Below, one piece after another: positions 46,863 to 56,478 of a stretch of 64,000 nt of DNA (within the stretch, counting starts at the first letter, position 1; the number at the start of each line of letters is the position of its first letter). The stretch is from NCBI GenBank assembly GCA_028710135.1, contig JAQUSS010000001.1, positions 14,751-78,750 of the forward strand, given 5' to 3'. The stretch is from Gemmiger sp. (GTDB taxonomy: Bacteria > Bacillota > Clostridia > Oscillospirales > Ruminococcaceae). The notes under the pieces are model-generated. The model was not told the origin of the DNA. It ran no database searches and worked only from the letters and a program-made list of their open reading frames with translations. The position numbers were made by a program, and so were the translations under genes.

Positions 46863-49010
46863 TCACTCCCTTGCCGCCACGGCGAGAATCATCTCCTCCT
46901 CCGCAATATGCTCAAGCTCCAGCGCGATTAGCGGCATAAGCTGTTCCTTGTTGGCTACCCCGCTGAAATCGGATGCTTTTTGCCGGTAATACAAAAACAC
47001 CTTGGGCGGCATAGAACCGGCATCGTTATAGATTGTGTATTCATCAATCAGCTGCTCCAGCTCACGCATCAAGCGGGATTTTGGCACGGCAATGGCACGA
47101 GCCTGCTCTTTTTGCAGCCGGATCACGCCCTCACCATCGATGATTCGAATCACTTCCTTGTGCGTCTTGAAAAGCCCAAACAGGGCTTTCCGCTCTGTGG
47201 TTACCGCGTAGGCGTGCCAATTGCCCGTTGCCGCCACCAGGCGTGCCTCCCGTGCCGCAGCCCCGGCGGATTCCTTTGCCAGAAGAAGCAGCTCGGCTTC
47301 GCTTTTGGGTGCCTGGTTCAAATCCTTTGTGCGCAGCTCCGTTGCACCTGTGGCCACTGCCCGCAGAATATTCTTTTGGCTGTCAATCTCCACTGCGATA
47401 TCCACCGTTTCAGGGTTTGCCCCCGCCTTGGTAATTTGCTCCAGAATATCGCTGCGAAGCTGGCGGATATCCTCCGGTGTGGGGTGCATCACATTTCGCT
47501 CAAGGCGCTCCATCACCATTGCCATCGCAACACCGATTGTCGAAATATAGGGCGCGTTTTGGGCGATGCGGCTGCGAATCCCCATCTTTTCGCCGAGGTA
47601 TGGGGCAACAACACCGGCAGAGCCGCCCCCGCCCACAAGGCAGATCAGGTTGCGGTTCAGCTTATAATCGGCAATAAGGCTTTCTACCACCGCTTGTATC
47701 TTAGCCGCCGCCAAATCCATGGCCCGGCGGCAGGCCTGCTCCACCGTAAGGTTCAATTTTTCGCTCACTGCGCCCCACGCAAGGCGTGCTACTTCCGCAT
47801 TGCCCTGTGCATAATCCCCCTGCGGGACATAGCCCAGCACATTTGCGGCCCCGGCCAGCGTAAGTGCATACCGGCTGTTATCGGCACATTGTACCGCCGC
47901 ATAATCCGCCGTATCCCCTGCGCAAGGGGCAACCAGTATCATTTTTGGGCCCTGCATCTTGGTTGGGTCGGCAAACACCTCATATTCCAAATCGGCAATG
48001 TGCGCCGAGCGCGGCCCCACATCTGCGATTGCGCCATCCCGAATGACAATCATGCTACCGCCCGCCACGCCCAGTGTGCGCACATCCAGCGAGGTAAGAT
48101 ACAGCTTATGGCCGCCCACCTGGGAATTTTTCACCATAACCTTTCCATCTTTGATTGCCGAAATATCAATAGAGGTGCCGCCAACCTCCATAAAAATGCC
48201 GTCCGTAATCTTTTCGTACATTAAGGCCCCGGCTACGCCAGCCGCCAAGCCCGAAAGCATCGTTAAAATGGGGCGCTTGCGCACCTCATCAATGCTCATC
48301 ACGCCACCGTCGCAACGCATAATCATCAGGGGCTTATCAATGCCTGCCGCTTTGACGGAATCCTCCGTCATATCGGCCGTTTCCAGCATTTTCGGGATTA
48401 GCGCCGCATTGACGGCAGCTGTGCGCGTACGGGCCAAAAGGCCATACAGTTGGCTAATCTCGTAGCCACCGGTAGCCTCAATCCCCTGCTGCTGTGCCCG
48501 CTCCACAACCTGCTTTTCATGGGCCGGGTCATCCACCGAATACGCCTCAGAGGCAACAATCACCTGCGCGCCCTTTTGTTTAAGCGCCAAAACCGCTTGG
48601 TCGATAGCCGCATCCGTCAGTTGTGCGGAATTGATAAACACCTGGTCGGTATACAAATACTTATCCGGTGCCAGCTCCAGGTTGCCCACCGTGGTTTCCT
48701 TGCGGGCGCGTTCCCCCTCTAAGCCGGTGCCCATCCCAAGAATTCCCACACGCGCCACATCACCCTCCAGCAGGGCATTGGTGGCCTGCGTTGTGCCATG
48801 CGCAATAAAAACCACATCCGCAGCGTCGATGCCGTTTTCCCGCAGCACCTTTTGAATGGCTTGGATGATGCCTTCCGCCACGCCGCGTTTTGCATGATGC
48901 GTGGTCGGTATTTTTGCTTTTGCCAAAATCTCATGCGTCACGTTGTCGATGACGACCGCATCGGTAAACGTTCCGCCTACGTCGATGCCAACGCGCACTT
49001 GTTTTTTCAA
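46863..49010 (-). CDS. Hydantoinase/oxoprolinase family protein (A-type ATP-binding subunit)
   Basis: GIDVGGTFTD, HGTTQATNALLEG, LSGLAAG, EVGGTSIDI, GVAGGS, VGPRSA; TTG start after AGAGGAAG. Confidence 0.9.
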   Translation of the reverse strand: MKKQVRVGIDVGGTFTDAVVIDNVTHEILAKAKIPTTHHAKRGVAEGIIQAIQKVLRENGIDAADVVFIAHGTTQATNALLEGDVARVGILGMGTGLEGERARKETTVGNLELAPDKYLYTDQVFINSAQLTDAAIDQAVLALKQKGAQVIVASEAYSVDDPAHEKQVVERAQQQGIEATGGYEISQLYGLLARTRTAAVNAALIPKMLETADMTEDSVKAAGIDKPLMIMRCDGGVMSIDEVRKRPILTMLSGLAAGVAGALMYEKITDGIFMEVGGTSIDISAIKDGKVMVKNSQVGGHKLYLTSLDVRTLGVAGGSMIVIRDGAIADVGPRSAHIADLEYEVFADPTKMQGPKMILVAPCAGDTADYAAVQCADNSRYALTLAGAANVLGYVPQGDYAQGNAEVARLAWGAVSEKLNLTVEQACRRAMDLAAAKIQAVVESLIADYKLNRNLICLVGGGGSAGVVAPYLGEKMGIRSRIAQNAPYISTIGVAMAMVMERLERNVMHPTPEDIRQLRSDILEQITKAGANPETVDIAVEIDSQKNILRAVATGATELRTKDLNQAPKSEAELLLLAKESAGAAAREARLVAATGNWHAYAVTTERKALFGLFKTHKEVIRIIDGEGVIRLQKEQARAIAVPKSRLMRELEQLIDEYTIYNDAGSMPPKVFLYYRQKASDFSGVANKEQLMPLIALELEHIAEEEMILAVAARE

Positions 49011-49151
49011 GGGAACACTTCCTCTCTGTTGTACCGCCTGCACAGCAACGGCGGCCGTTTTTGCCAAAAGGCCGTTCCCCACACACTGCGGCGCGCATGA
49101 GGAGCGGCCCTTTTGTACGCCGTCACATTCCGGCTATGGTTAAGGGGGAAA

Positions 49152-50435
49152 TCAGAAGATGAATACCGCGCTGTAAATCAGGCCAAACAGACACATAACC
49201 ATCGTATACGGCAGTGTGGATTTCAAAATGTCGTTTACGTCCACATGGGCAAAATCGGCGCAGATTACGTTTTGCGTATTGGTCGGGTCGGAAGTGCACT
49301 GTACAAAGGTATTGCTGCGCAGCGCCATGCCCACAGCAAATGCGTTGATGTTGCCGGAGGCCAGCATAATTGTGGCAAGCCCGGAGCCTAGGCCGTACAT
49401 ATTCAGCGGCCCACGATACAGTGCCAGAGGCGAAAGAATGGCAAACAGCAACACATAGCCGACCGGGCTTGAAGGAATAATTGCCTGCACAAGCGGCTGC
49501 ATCAGCGCCGTGGTAGCCGTAGCGGTAACGCCGTTCAGCAAAATACCAATGCCAATCATTAGGCCAATCACCGCCGCCACATCTTTAATGCCCTCTACAA
49601 AGCAGGCGGAGAGCACAGAGATTGCCTTTTTGGGCGTAGTAATCAGGGTGGTGACAAGGATGGCAATGATTAAGCTGGTCAGCGCATCCAGATGGAAGAA
49701 AAACACCAGCACCATGGGGAAAACCGGCATCAGCAACGCCACCGGGTTCACTTTTTTCACTTCTTTTTCCGCTGCCGGCATCGCCCAGGAGCTGCGAACC
49801 GGTTGCCGTTTTACCTTTAGCAGAATATAAACAATCGTTACCAGGATGCCGATCACGGCCAAAACCAGGCCCATGCGCTTAACTTGTTCGTTCGTCATGC
49901 CAAGGGTATCAATGTACATCTGATACTGCGAAACATTGATCATCAGCCCGATTGTCAGCCCAAACAAAACAAGGCTTGCCGATACAACCGGGGCAATACC
50001 CGCCGCCAGCATCAGCGGGATGGCAATGGTACATACCATGATTACCGGGCCTGCGCCGCTCATCCCGATAAAGATAACAACGATTGCAGCCGTAAGCGCA
50101 AACGCCATGGCCAGCGGTTTATCCCCGGCCATTTCGGCTGCCTTGCGAATGATTGTCTCGGCAATGCCTTGCCGCTCAATCACCTTGGCAAAAATGGCAC
50201 CGAACATGGCGACAATCATGGTGCTGGCCAGCTTGGCAGAGCCGGTACCAATCACATAGCCGCAAATGGTTTGGCCGTCTTCTGCCGTCGTTGTCAGGAA
50301 CGGCACACCGGCAATGGCCGCAACCAGAATGCCGATGAGCGGTAGCGCCAAAATGGCGGGCAGCTTTTTTGTCATCATCAAAACAATCGCGCCGAAAAAC
50401 ACGACCAGAATTAAGATGACCTGTACGTTAATCAT
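49152..50435 (-). CDS. Ion-transporter superfamily permease (GntP/citrate-transporter-like)
   Basis: About 11-12 TMs; MFGAIFAKVIERQGIAETIIRKAAE; LYRGPLN; DPTNTQNV. Confidence 0.8.
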   Translation of the reverse strand: MINVQVILILVVFFGAIVLMMTKKLPAILALPLIGILVAAIAGVPFLTTTAEDGQTICGYVIGTGSAKLASTMIVAMFGAIFAKVIERQGIAETIIRKAAEMAGDKPLAMAFALTAAIVVIFIGMSGAGPVIMVCTIAIPLMLAAGIAPVVSASLVLFGLTIGLMINVSQYQMYIDTLGMTNEQVKRMGLVLAVIGILVTIVYILLKVKRQPVRSSWAMPAAEKEVKKVNPVALLMPVFPMVLVFFFHLDALTSLIIAILVTTLITTPKKAISVLSACFVEGIKDVAAVIGLMIGIGILLNGVTATATTALMQPLVQAIIPSSPVGYVLLFAILSPLALYRGPLNMYGLGSGLATIMLASGNINAFAVGMALRSNTFVQCTSDPTNTQNVICADFAHVDVNDILKSTLPYTMVMCLFGLIYSAVFIF

Positions 50436-50499
50436 GCATAACACCTCTTCCACAAATTTCATATCAAATGGAAAGCAGGGCTTTCCATGCGAACCAAAA

Positions 50500-51927
50500 T
50501 TAGCCGAAAATCACATCGGCACGGCGGCATACCGCAGCAAGCTGCTCCGAAAACGGACGTCCCGGCTGCCACAGCATCTGTGCGTAGAGCGCCGTAGGCA
50601 ACCATGCCCCTGCTTCCAGCAGGCCATCCTCTACAAGTGCGTACAGCTTCCCATCTTGCGCCGCAAACCGGGCAATCACCTCTCGGCACGCCTCGCCGTT
50701 TTGAATCCATTCGCTTTGCACATAGCGCCAAAGCTCCTTCACTTGTTGGAAGCACTTCTTTTGGCTTTCAGCCGAGCGGCACCCCATTATAAAGGGGCCC
50801 TTTTGATGCTCGAACCTACTCCAATTCAAGCAGATTTGCCCTTTCAAAATAGCGCCGCAGCCACAACCCGGGCGCAGGGCGCAAACGGCATCGGTAAGCT
50901 GCAGTGTTTCCTTCAGGCCATCTGTTTCGCCGGGCAAATACGCATAGGGGAACGCGCCACAGTCCTCCCAAATGATATCCACATTCGGCCGAACCTGTTG
51001 TAGGGGCGCAAGGCGGTTTTTTACCGAGGTAGCGTGCAGGCCAAATTGAATATACAGCCCGGGGTTCTGGTTTTGCAACTCTTCGCTGATTGTATTAACC
51101 CAGTGTACCACAGCATCGGCAATCGGAACACCACACAGTGTATCCTCTGTTGTTTCGGTAAAAAGCTGTGTGTAAATGCCATCCGCCTTTACATCGGCAT
51201 ACTCCGTGGCATAAATTTGGGCGGCACGCTGTTTCCAATGTGTCAGCTCCTCTTCGCTGGCAACGTTTACGGTTTCGCCCCACCCCCAGGAATAGCCCAG
51301 GATAACCCGGATACCATAGCTATGGAAGCATTCCACAGCCTGTGCAAGGTTGAGCGGTGCATAATCGTTCCACAACGTCACCTCGTTCAGCCGCAGCCCT
51401 GCCATGGTTTTGGCAAAATTCTCAATATTGTAAATACAGTGCCCCCACGTCCAAATGCCACGCACACGGCAGGCAGGGCTGGTGGCGTGTTCATAAGGGC
51501 GAAGCGGATTCTCCCATAACGCCTGAAAATAGGGTTCATGCCCGCCCGTAAGGTGCGCCGCCGGCAAATAGCAGTTCATCCATTCGGAGGCCGCATAGTA
51601 TACAGCGGCAGGCTCTTTTCCGGCAAGAATTACCACCTGCTTATTTGCGGCAAACGGGCTTTGGCCTACCCGCACCAAATAGCCCTGCTCCGGGATTTCC
51701 GATTCGTCCACCACTTTTGCCAAAATCGGGTTGGAGGCATAGGTGCCCATTAAAATCAAATTGTAATCGCCCGTATCCGGGCCGGCCTGCGCCTTTTCAC
51801 ACACCAAAATATACGGCACATACTGCGCCAGCAGCGAATAGACCCATTCTACGGCACGCTGCTCAGGGCCGGTTGCCTCGCCGCAGATAATCTTCCAACG
51901 GTTTTCTCCATAATGATAATGATCCAT
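50500..51927 (-). CDS. Hypothetical glycoside-hydrolase-like protein (hexosaminidase-type N-domain plus probable TIM barrel)
   Basis: EQGYLVRV...VVILAGKEPAAVYYAA N-domain pattern, then VRGIWTWGH...MAGLRLNEVTLWND; AGGAGG RBS. Confidence 0.6.
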   Translation of the reverse strand: MDHYHYGENRWKIICGEATGPEQRAVEWVYSLLAQYVPYILVCEKAQAGPDTGDYNLILMGTYASNPILAKVVDESEIPEQGYLVRVGQSPFAANKQVVILAGKEPAAVYYAASEWMNCYLPAAHLTGGHEPYFQALWENPLRPYEHATSPACRVRGIWTWGHCIYNIENFAKTMAGLRLNEVTLWNDYAPLNLAQAVECFHSYGIRVILGYSWGWGETVNVASEEELTHWKQRAAQIYATEYADVKADGIYTQLFTETTEDTLCGVPIADAVVHWVNTISEELQNQNPGLYIQFGLHATSVKNRLAPLQQVRPNVDIIWEDCGAFPYAYLPGETDGLKETLQLTDAVCALRPGCGCGAILKGQICLNWSRFEHQKGPFIMGCRSAESQKKCFQQVKELWRYVQSEWIQNGEACREVIARFAAQDGKLYALVEDGLLEAGAWLPTALYAQMLWQPGRPFSEQLAAVCRRADVIFG

Positions 51928-52099
51928 AGCTGCCTCCTGCCGAAAAGCTCTATCCCAAAATTTCACAAGCCCGCAGGCTTGACAGAATTCCTTTTCCTAT
52001 CTAGGATTATAGCATGAAAACCCGCCTGTCCGTCAGCACGGCTTTGTGCAGTTCTAACACTATATTGACATTATCCTCTTTTATTTTTGGAGGTTTTAT

Positions 52100-52981
52100 A
52101 TGCTGGATGATAGTTTTCGCCGCCGTTACGGGGTTCTTCCCATCGCCACCTATACCAGCAGCCTGCCTGCGCAGGATCAGCCCAGGCCGTTTATTCTGAT
52201 GCACTATCATAAAGAGTTTGAGGTATTGATGATTGTTTCCGGCTGCTGCGAGCTGGATATCAACCGCCAGCCTTACCGGGCCAGCGCAGGGGATATCCTT
52301 TTGATTCCCCCCTATGCCCTGCACGCGGGCAACATCCTGCCCGGCAAAAAATTTTCTCATTTATGTTTTTGCTTTGATCTATCCCTGCTCCCCCATGCCG
52401 AGCTGCGGCAAATGCTGGAAAGCGGCTGTTGGGATACCATAAAGCAAATTCGCCCGGGGGATGCCGTTTACCCCTTACTCTATAAACCCATACATGAAAT
52501 ATATAGCCAGAGCGCGGAGGGAAAGACCGGCTGGGATTTTGTAGCACAGGGGCTGATTTATTACGTATTCGGCGTACTAACACAGCATGAAGGAATTTTT
52601 TCGGGCCAGCCGAGAAGCAAAAACGTAGATTTATGCGTTCGGGTGTTGCAATATCTGGAGCAGCATTATGCCGAGCCGCTGACCTCCGCTGGGATAGCCA
52701 CCTTTTTTTCGTACACGCAAAGCTATTTTTGCCGCCTTTTTCAGCAGAACTTCGGTATGCCCTTTCAAAAATATTTATGCCGGTTTCGCATCGGGAAAGT
52801 AAAGCTGCTTTTGTCCGATTCAAACCTTTCCATTGCCGATGCCGCTGCGCAGGTCGGCTTTGAAAACAGCAGCTATTTTACGCGCGTTTTCCGTGAAGCC
52901 GCCGGATGCACGCCCTATACGTTCCGCCAACAGCAGTTGTTGTTACACGCCGATTCCAATCGCTTGCCGCAAACCACCTAG
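52100..52981 (+). CDS. AraC family regulator (cupin plus HTH)
   Basis: HYHKEFE, IPPYALH, SYFCRLF, VGFENSSYFTRVF; divergent from the operon. Confidence 0.93.
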   Translation: MLDDSFRRRYGVLPIATYTSSLPAQDQPRPFILMHYHKEFEVLMIVSGCCELDINRQPYRASAGDILLIPPYALHAGNILPGKKFSHLCFCFDLSLLPHAELRQMLESGCWDTIKQIRPGDAVYPLLYKPIHEIYSQSAEGKTGWDFVAQGLIYYVFGVLTQHEGIFSGQPRSKNVDLCVRVLQYLEQHYAEPLTSAGIATFFSYTQSYFCRLFQQNFGMPFQKYLCRFRIGKVKLLLSDSNLSIADAAAQVGFENSSYFTRVFREAAGCTPYTFRQQQLLLHADSNRLPQTT

Positions 52982-53301
52982 AATAAGGGTCGGCGTTTGG
53001 TTCCGCCGCCCCCGCCAGCATACCCACCATGTTTCGATGTTTTAATTTGCGCAAAAAAACAACAAGCCGCACGGTTGCGCTCCGGGCACCGTGCGGCTTG
53101 CGGCAACCTCCAGGAAGCACGCGCCCAGCGAGTGCCCTTGGAGGCAAGAAAGGGAGAGGCTTACGCGGCCTCTTCCTTTTCGTTTTTAGAATTGCCCCCC
53201 GCCAAAAACCGCTTAAACACAGCGTGTGCAGGGGGACGCGCCGCGCAAAGCGTTATCCTGCATAAAACCATCGCTTGGTTTCTACGCATGGATACGGCTA
53301 C

Positions 53302-55587
53302 TTACAAGCACTGCTTGCAGGTGTGGGCATAACTGCCCGGCGCAACTTTTTGTGTTGCCCCATCCGGCCAGAGGATTTCGGCGACGGTTGGCGTAGTGAT
53401 ATTTACCGTAACATCGCCATTTTCCGCCTTCCACGAAACTTTAATCTCGCCGTTGCGGGAAAGATAGCTACCTGCCACGCTGCCGAGCCGCGCATCCACC
53501 ACCGGGGCGATGCGCACCTTGGCGTAGCCCGGCTCCAGCGGCTGGATGCCGAGGATGTAGCGGTAGTAAAACTCGCCCACGCTGCCAAAGGCGTAGTGGT
53601 TGAAGCTCACCATGTTGTCGTCGCTCATCTTGCTCTCGTTCACGGTGCCGTCGGGGCGCAGCGAATCCCACCGCTCCCAGATTGTTGTTGCGCCGCGCGC
53701 CACCTGATACATCCAGCCGGGGCAGTTTGTTTGCAGCAGCAGGTCGTAGGCCACCGCTGCTTGCCCATTCTCGGCCAGCAGCGGCAGCAGATGCTCGGTG
53801 GCGAAGAAGCCGGTCTGGATGCCCTCCGCTTTAAGCTTACCCACCAGCTTGTTGAAGGTTTTATCCCACAGCGCGCCGCGCGGGATGGCGTGCTTGAGCG
53901 CCATGATGTAGGCCCCTTGATAATCGTCCTTCATGCTGCCATCCGCCTTGACAAAGGCTTTGAGGTAGGCGGCGCGGCTTTTTTCCAGCTGGGCGTTGTA
54001 GCGGGCTGCATCCTCCGTTTTGCCAAAACGCGCCGCCGCCCACGCCAGAATGCGCAGGTCGTTGAGGATGAAGGCGTTGGACACCGGGCCGTTGTGCATC
54101 GCCATGTACTTGACATCCTTGCCGGGGCTGAGCCAATCGCCCAAATTTGGCGCGATCCAAAGGTCTTTTTTGCCCAGCAGGCCGCCCATGTGGCGAATCT
54201 CACATTCCACGTGCGCCTTCATGCTGTCGTATTGGCGGCGCAATGGTTCCGCATCACCATACTGCCAGTAGAGCATTTCCGGCACGATGGTGACACAGTT
54301 GCCCCAGCCCAGCATATTGAGGAAACCGACCCCCGCCGGGCCTTGCGCGGGGATGGTGGGGGCAACGTAGCCCTCGGTGTTATCCTGCTGGCTGTAGCGG
54401 ATATCCTGCAAAAATTTTTCCCAAAACGCCGCGGTATCGTAATTGTACGCACCGGTCAGCGCATAGACCTGCCCATCGCCGGGGTAACCCATCCGCTCAT
54501 CGCGCTGGGGGCAATCGGTCGGCACATCCACATAGTTGGATTTTTGCCCCCAAAGCTGGTTTTGATACAGCCGCTCGATGCTTTTGTTTTCGCTGGTGAA
54601 GTGGCCGGTGCGCTGCATCTCGCTGTGGATGGCGTAGGCGGTCAGCAGGCCGTCGGCGTAATCACAGCCGGTCAGCTCCAGATAGCGGAAGCCCATATAG
54701 GTGAAGCGCGGGCGATATTTTTGCGTTTCCGTCCCCTTATGGTAGATGATTTCCGCCTTGGCCTTGCGCAGGTTGGCGGTGTACAGGCTGCCATCGGCGT
54801 TCAAAATTTCGCCGTGGCGCAGTGTAACCACCGCGCCCGCGGGTAGCTTGGCGGGGTCAAGCTCGATGATACCCGCAAAGTTCTGGCCGAAATCCAGAAT
54901 GGTGGCTTCGCCGTTTTTTGTGGCGCTCTGCACCGGCATTTCCTCGTGTAGCGTGATAGGAATGGTGGTGGGGCAGAGATTTTCCGGGATATGGCCGGTG
55001 AATTTGACCGGTGGCAAAACCGTGCCCGGGGCACTTTGCCGTGAATCGGCCTTGGCGGCTTCCGCTGTGGCCAAGGCTTCGCGCGGTGCGCCCGCGGCGT
55101 AATAAATTTCGCCGTCATACAGCCCGGCGTATTCGTAAGGGCTGGGCAGGGTTTGCACGTTTGCATCATCAGAAGCAAACGCCTGGCTGCCGCCGTCCTT
55201 GTTTTCCACCGCCAGCACCCACGAAACGGCGGGCTGTGTGCCGTAGATTTGCGTTTTGTTATCGCAGGTAAAGCGCCCACAGTACCACCCTTGGCCGAGA
55301 TAGACCCGCAGCTCGGCAGCCCGGCTTGCGGCCAGCTGCGCCGTCACATCATAGGTTTGGCAGCGCAGGTCATGCGGGTAGTAGGTGTAGCCGGGGGCGA
55401 GAAAATCCGTGCCAACTTTTTTGCCGTTCAGCGCGGCCTCATACACGCCGAGCGCCGTGATTGTAAGCGTTGCCTTGGCGATGCTTTCGATGGCAATCGG
55501 CTCAATCTTTTGCGCAAAGACCTCCACCGTACCCTCTTTATATTCCGGGTGATTCACCGTGATAAAATGCTGTGCCAAATCCATCAT
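53302..55587 (-). CDS. Alpha-L-rhamnosidase (GH78)
   Basis: ITALGVYE, LDFGQNFAG, FTYMGFRY, PTDCPQRDERMG, GATTIWERW, SFNHYAFGSV; no signal peptide. Confidence 0.95.
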   Translation of the reverse strand: MMDLAQHFITVNHPEYKEGTVEVFAQKIEPIAIESIAKATLTITALGVYEAALNGKKVGTDFLAPGYTYYPHDLRCQTYDVTAQLAASRAAELRVYLGQGWYCGRFTCDNKTQIYGTQPAVSWVLAVENKDGGSQAFASDDANVQTLPSPYEYAGLYDGEIYYAAGAPREALATAEAAKADSRQSAPGTVLPPVKFTGHIPENLCPTTIPITLHEEMPVQSATKNGEATILDFGQNFAGIIELDPAKLPAGAVVTLRHGEILNADGSLYTANLRKAKAEIIYHKGTETQKYRPRFTYMGFRYLELTGCDYADGLLTAYAIHSEMQRTGHFTSENKSIERLYQNQLWGQKSNYVDVPTDCPQRDERMGYPGDGQVYALTGAYNYDTAAFWEKFLQDIRYSQQDNTEGYVAPTIPAQGPAGVGFLNMLGWGNCVTIVPEMLYWQYGDAEPLRRQYDSMKAHVECEIRHMGGLLGKKDLWIAPNLGDWLSPGKDVKYMAMHNGPVSNAFILNDLRILAWAAARFGKTEDAARYNAQLEKSRAAYLKAFVKADGSMKDDYQGAYIMALKHAIPRGALWDKTFNKLVGKLKAEGIQTGFFATEHLLPLLAENGQAAVAYDLLLQTNCPGWMYQVARGATTIWERWDSLRPDGTVNESKMSDDNMVSFNHYAFGSVGEFYYRYILGIQPLEPGYAKVRIAPVVDARLGSVAGSYLSRNGEIKVSWKAENGDVTVNITTPTVAEILWPDGATQKVAPGSYAHTCKQCL

Positions 55588-55609
55588 AGCGTATCTCCTT
55601 TGTGGCATT

Positions 55610-56464
55610 TCAAAAATGCGCGTTCAAAAATTTTGCGCTCCATGCAAGGCTTTTCACCGGCGATTTTTCCACCCAGTTGCGGTGGCTTTCCAAAATCACG
55701 GCATCGATGCCGTTTTCCTTGGCAATGGCCGTCAGCGTTTCCAAATCCATATTGCCATACCCAAGCTCCATGCTGTCGGTTTTCAAGATGGGGGTTGTGG
55801 CGGGGCCGGAAAGCCGCGTGCCGCGGTCGTTGATGTGCCACAGCTTCATGCGGGGGCCAAGGCGGCGCATCACTTCGGGGGTGTTTGCGCCGCCCTCGGT
55901 GAACCAGTAGCTGTCGAACTCAAAGTTGACGGCTGCGGGGTCGGTTTCGGCCAGCAAAACGTCATAGGCGGTCCGGCCGGAGCCATCGTTCAGCCGGCGC
56001 AGCTCACAGTTATGGTTGTGGTACAAAAGGCGTGTGCCTTCCTGTGCCAGCGCTTTGCCCGCCGCGTTCAGCCGCTTCGCCAGCGCGTGCACCGTGGCGG
56101 CATCGCCGTAATCAAAGCGGTACATCCCGGTGATGACGAGCGTATCGGTGCCAAAGCTTTTTGCCTCCTCGGCAGCGGCGTGGGCGGCGCGCTCCAGGCT
56201 GCCAAGGTCGGTGTGCAGGCTGGTGACTTGCAAACCGGCTTCCTTCACCAGCGCGTGCCAGTCAAGGTTGCCGCCCCTGCCCACCGGCATACCGGCGGCT
56301 TTTGTCAGCAGCCGCACGGTAAAGCCGATGGGGTGTATCATGAAGCCGCAAAGCTCGATGCCGTTGTACCCGGCGGCCTTCATTTTTGCCAGCGTATCCC
56401 GCGCCTGGGCTTCACTGCCCAGCACGGTGCCAAGCATGAACTGCTGTACTGCTTTGAGTGCCAT
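55610..56464 (-). CDS. Sugar phosphate isomerase/epimerase (xylose-isomerase-like TIM barrel)
   Basis: GYNGIEL, LYHNHNCE, FEFDSYW, WHIND, ELGYG. Confidence 0.85.
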   Translation of the reverse strand: MALKAVQQFMLGTVLGSEAQARDTLAKMKAAGYNGIELCGFMIHPIGFTVRLLTKAAGMPVGRGGNLDWHALVKEAGLQVTSLHTDLGSLERAAHAAAEEAKSFGTDTLVITGMYRFDYGDAATVHALAKRLNAAGKALAQEGTRLLYHNHNCELRRLNDGSGRTAYDVLLAETDPAAVNFEFDSYWFTEGGANTPEVMRRLGPRMKLWHINDRGTRLSGPATTPILKTDSMELGYGNMDLETLTAIAKENGIDAVILESHRNWVEKSPVKSLAWSAKFLNAHF

Positions 56465-56478
56465 CGTTTCATCTTCCT

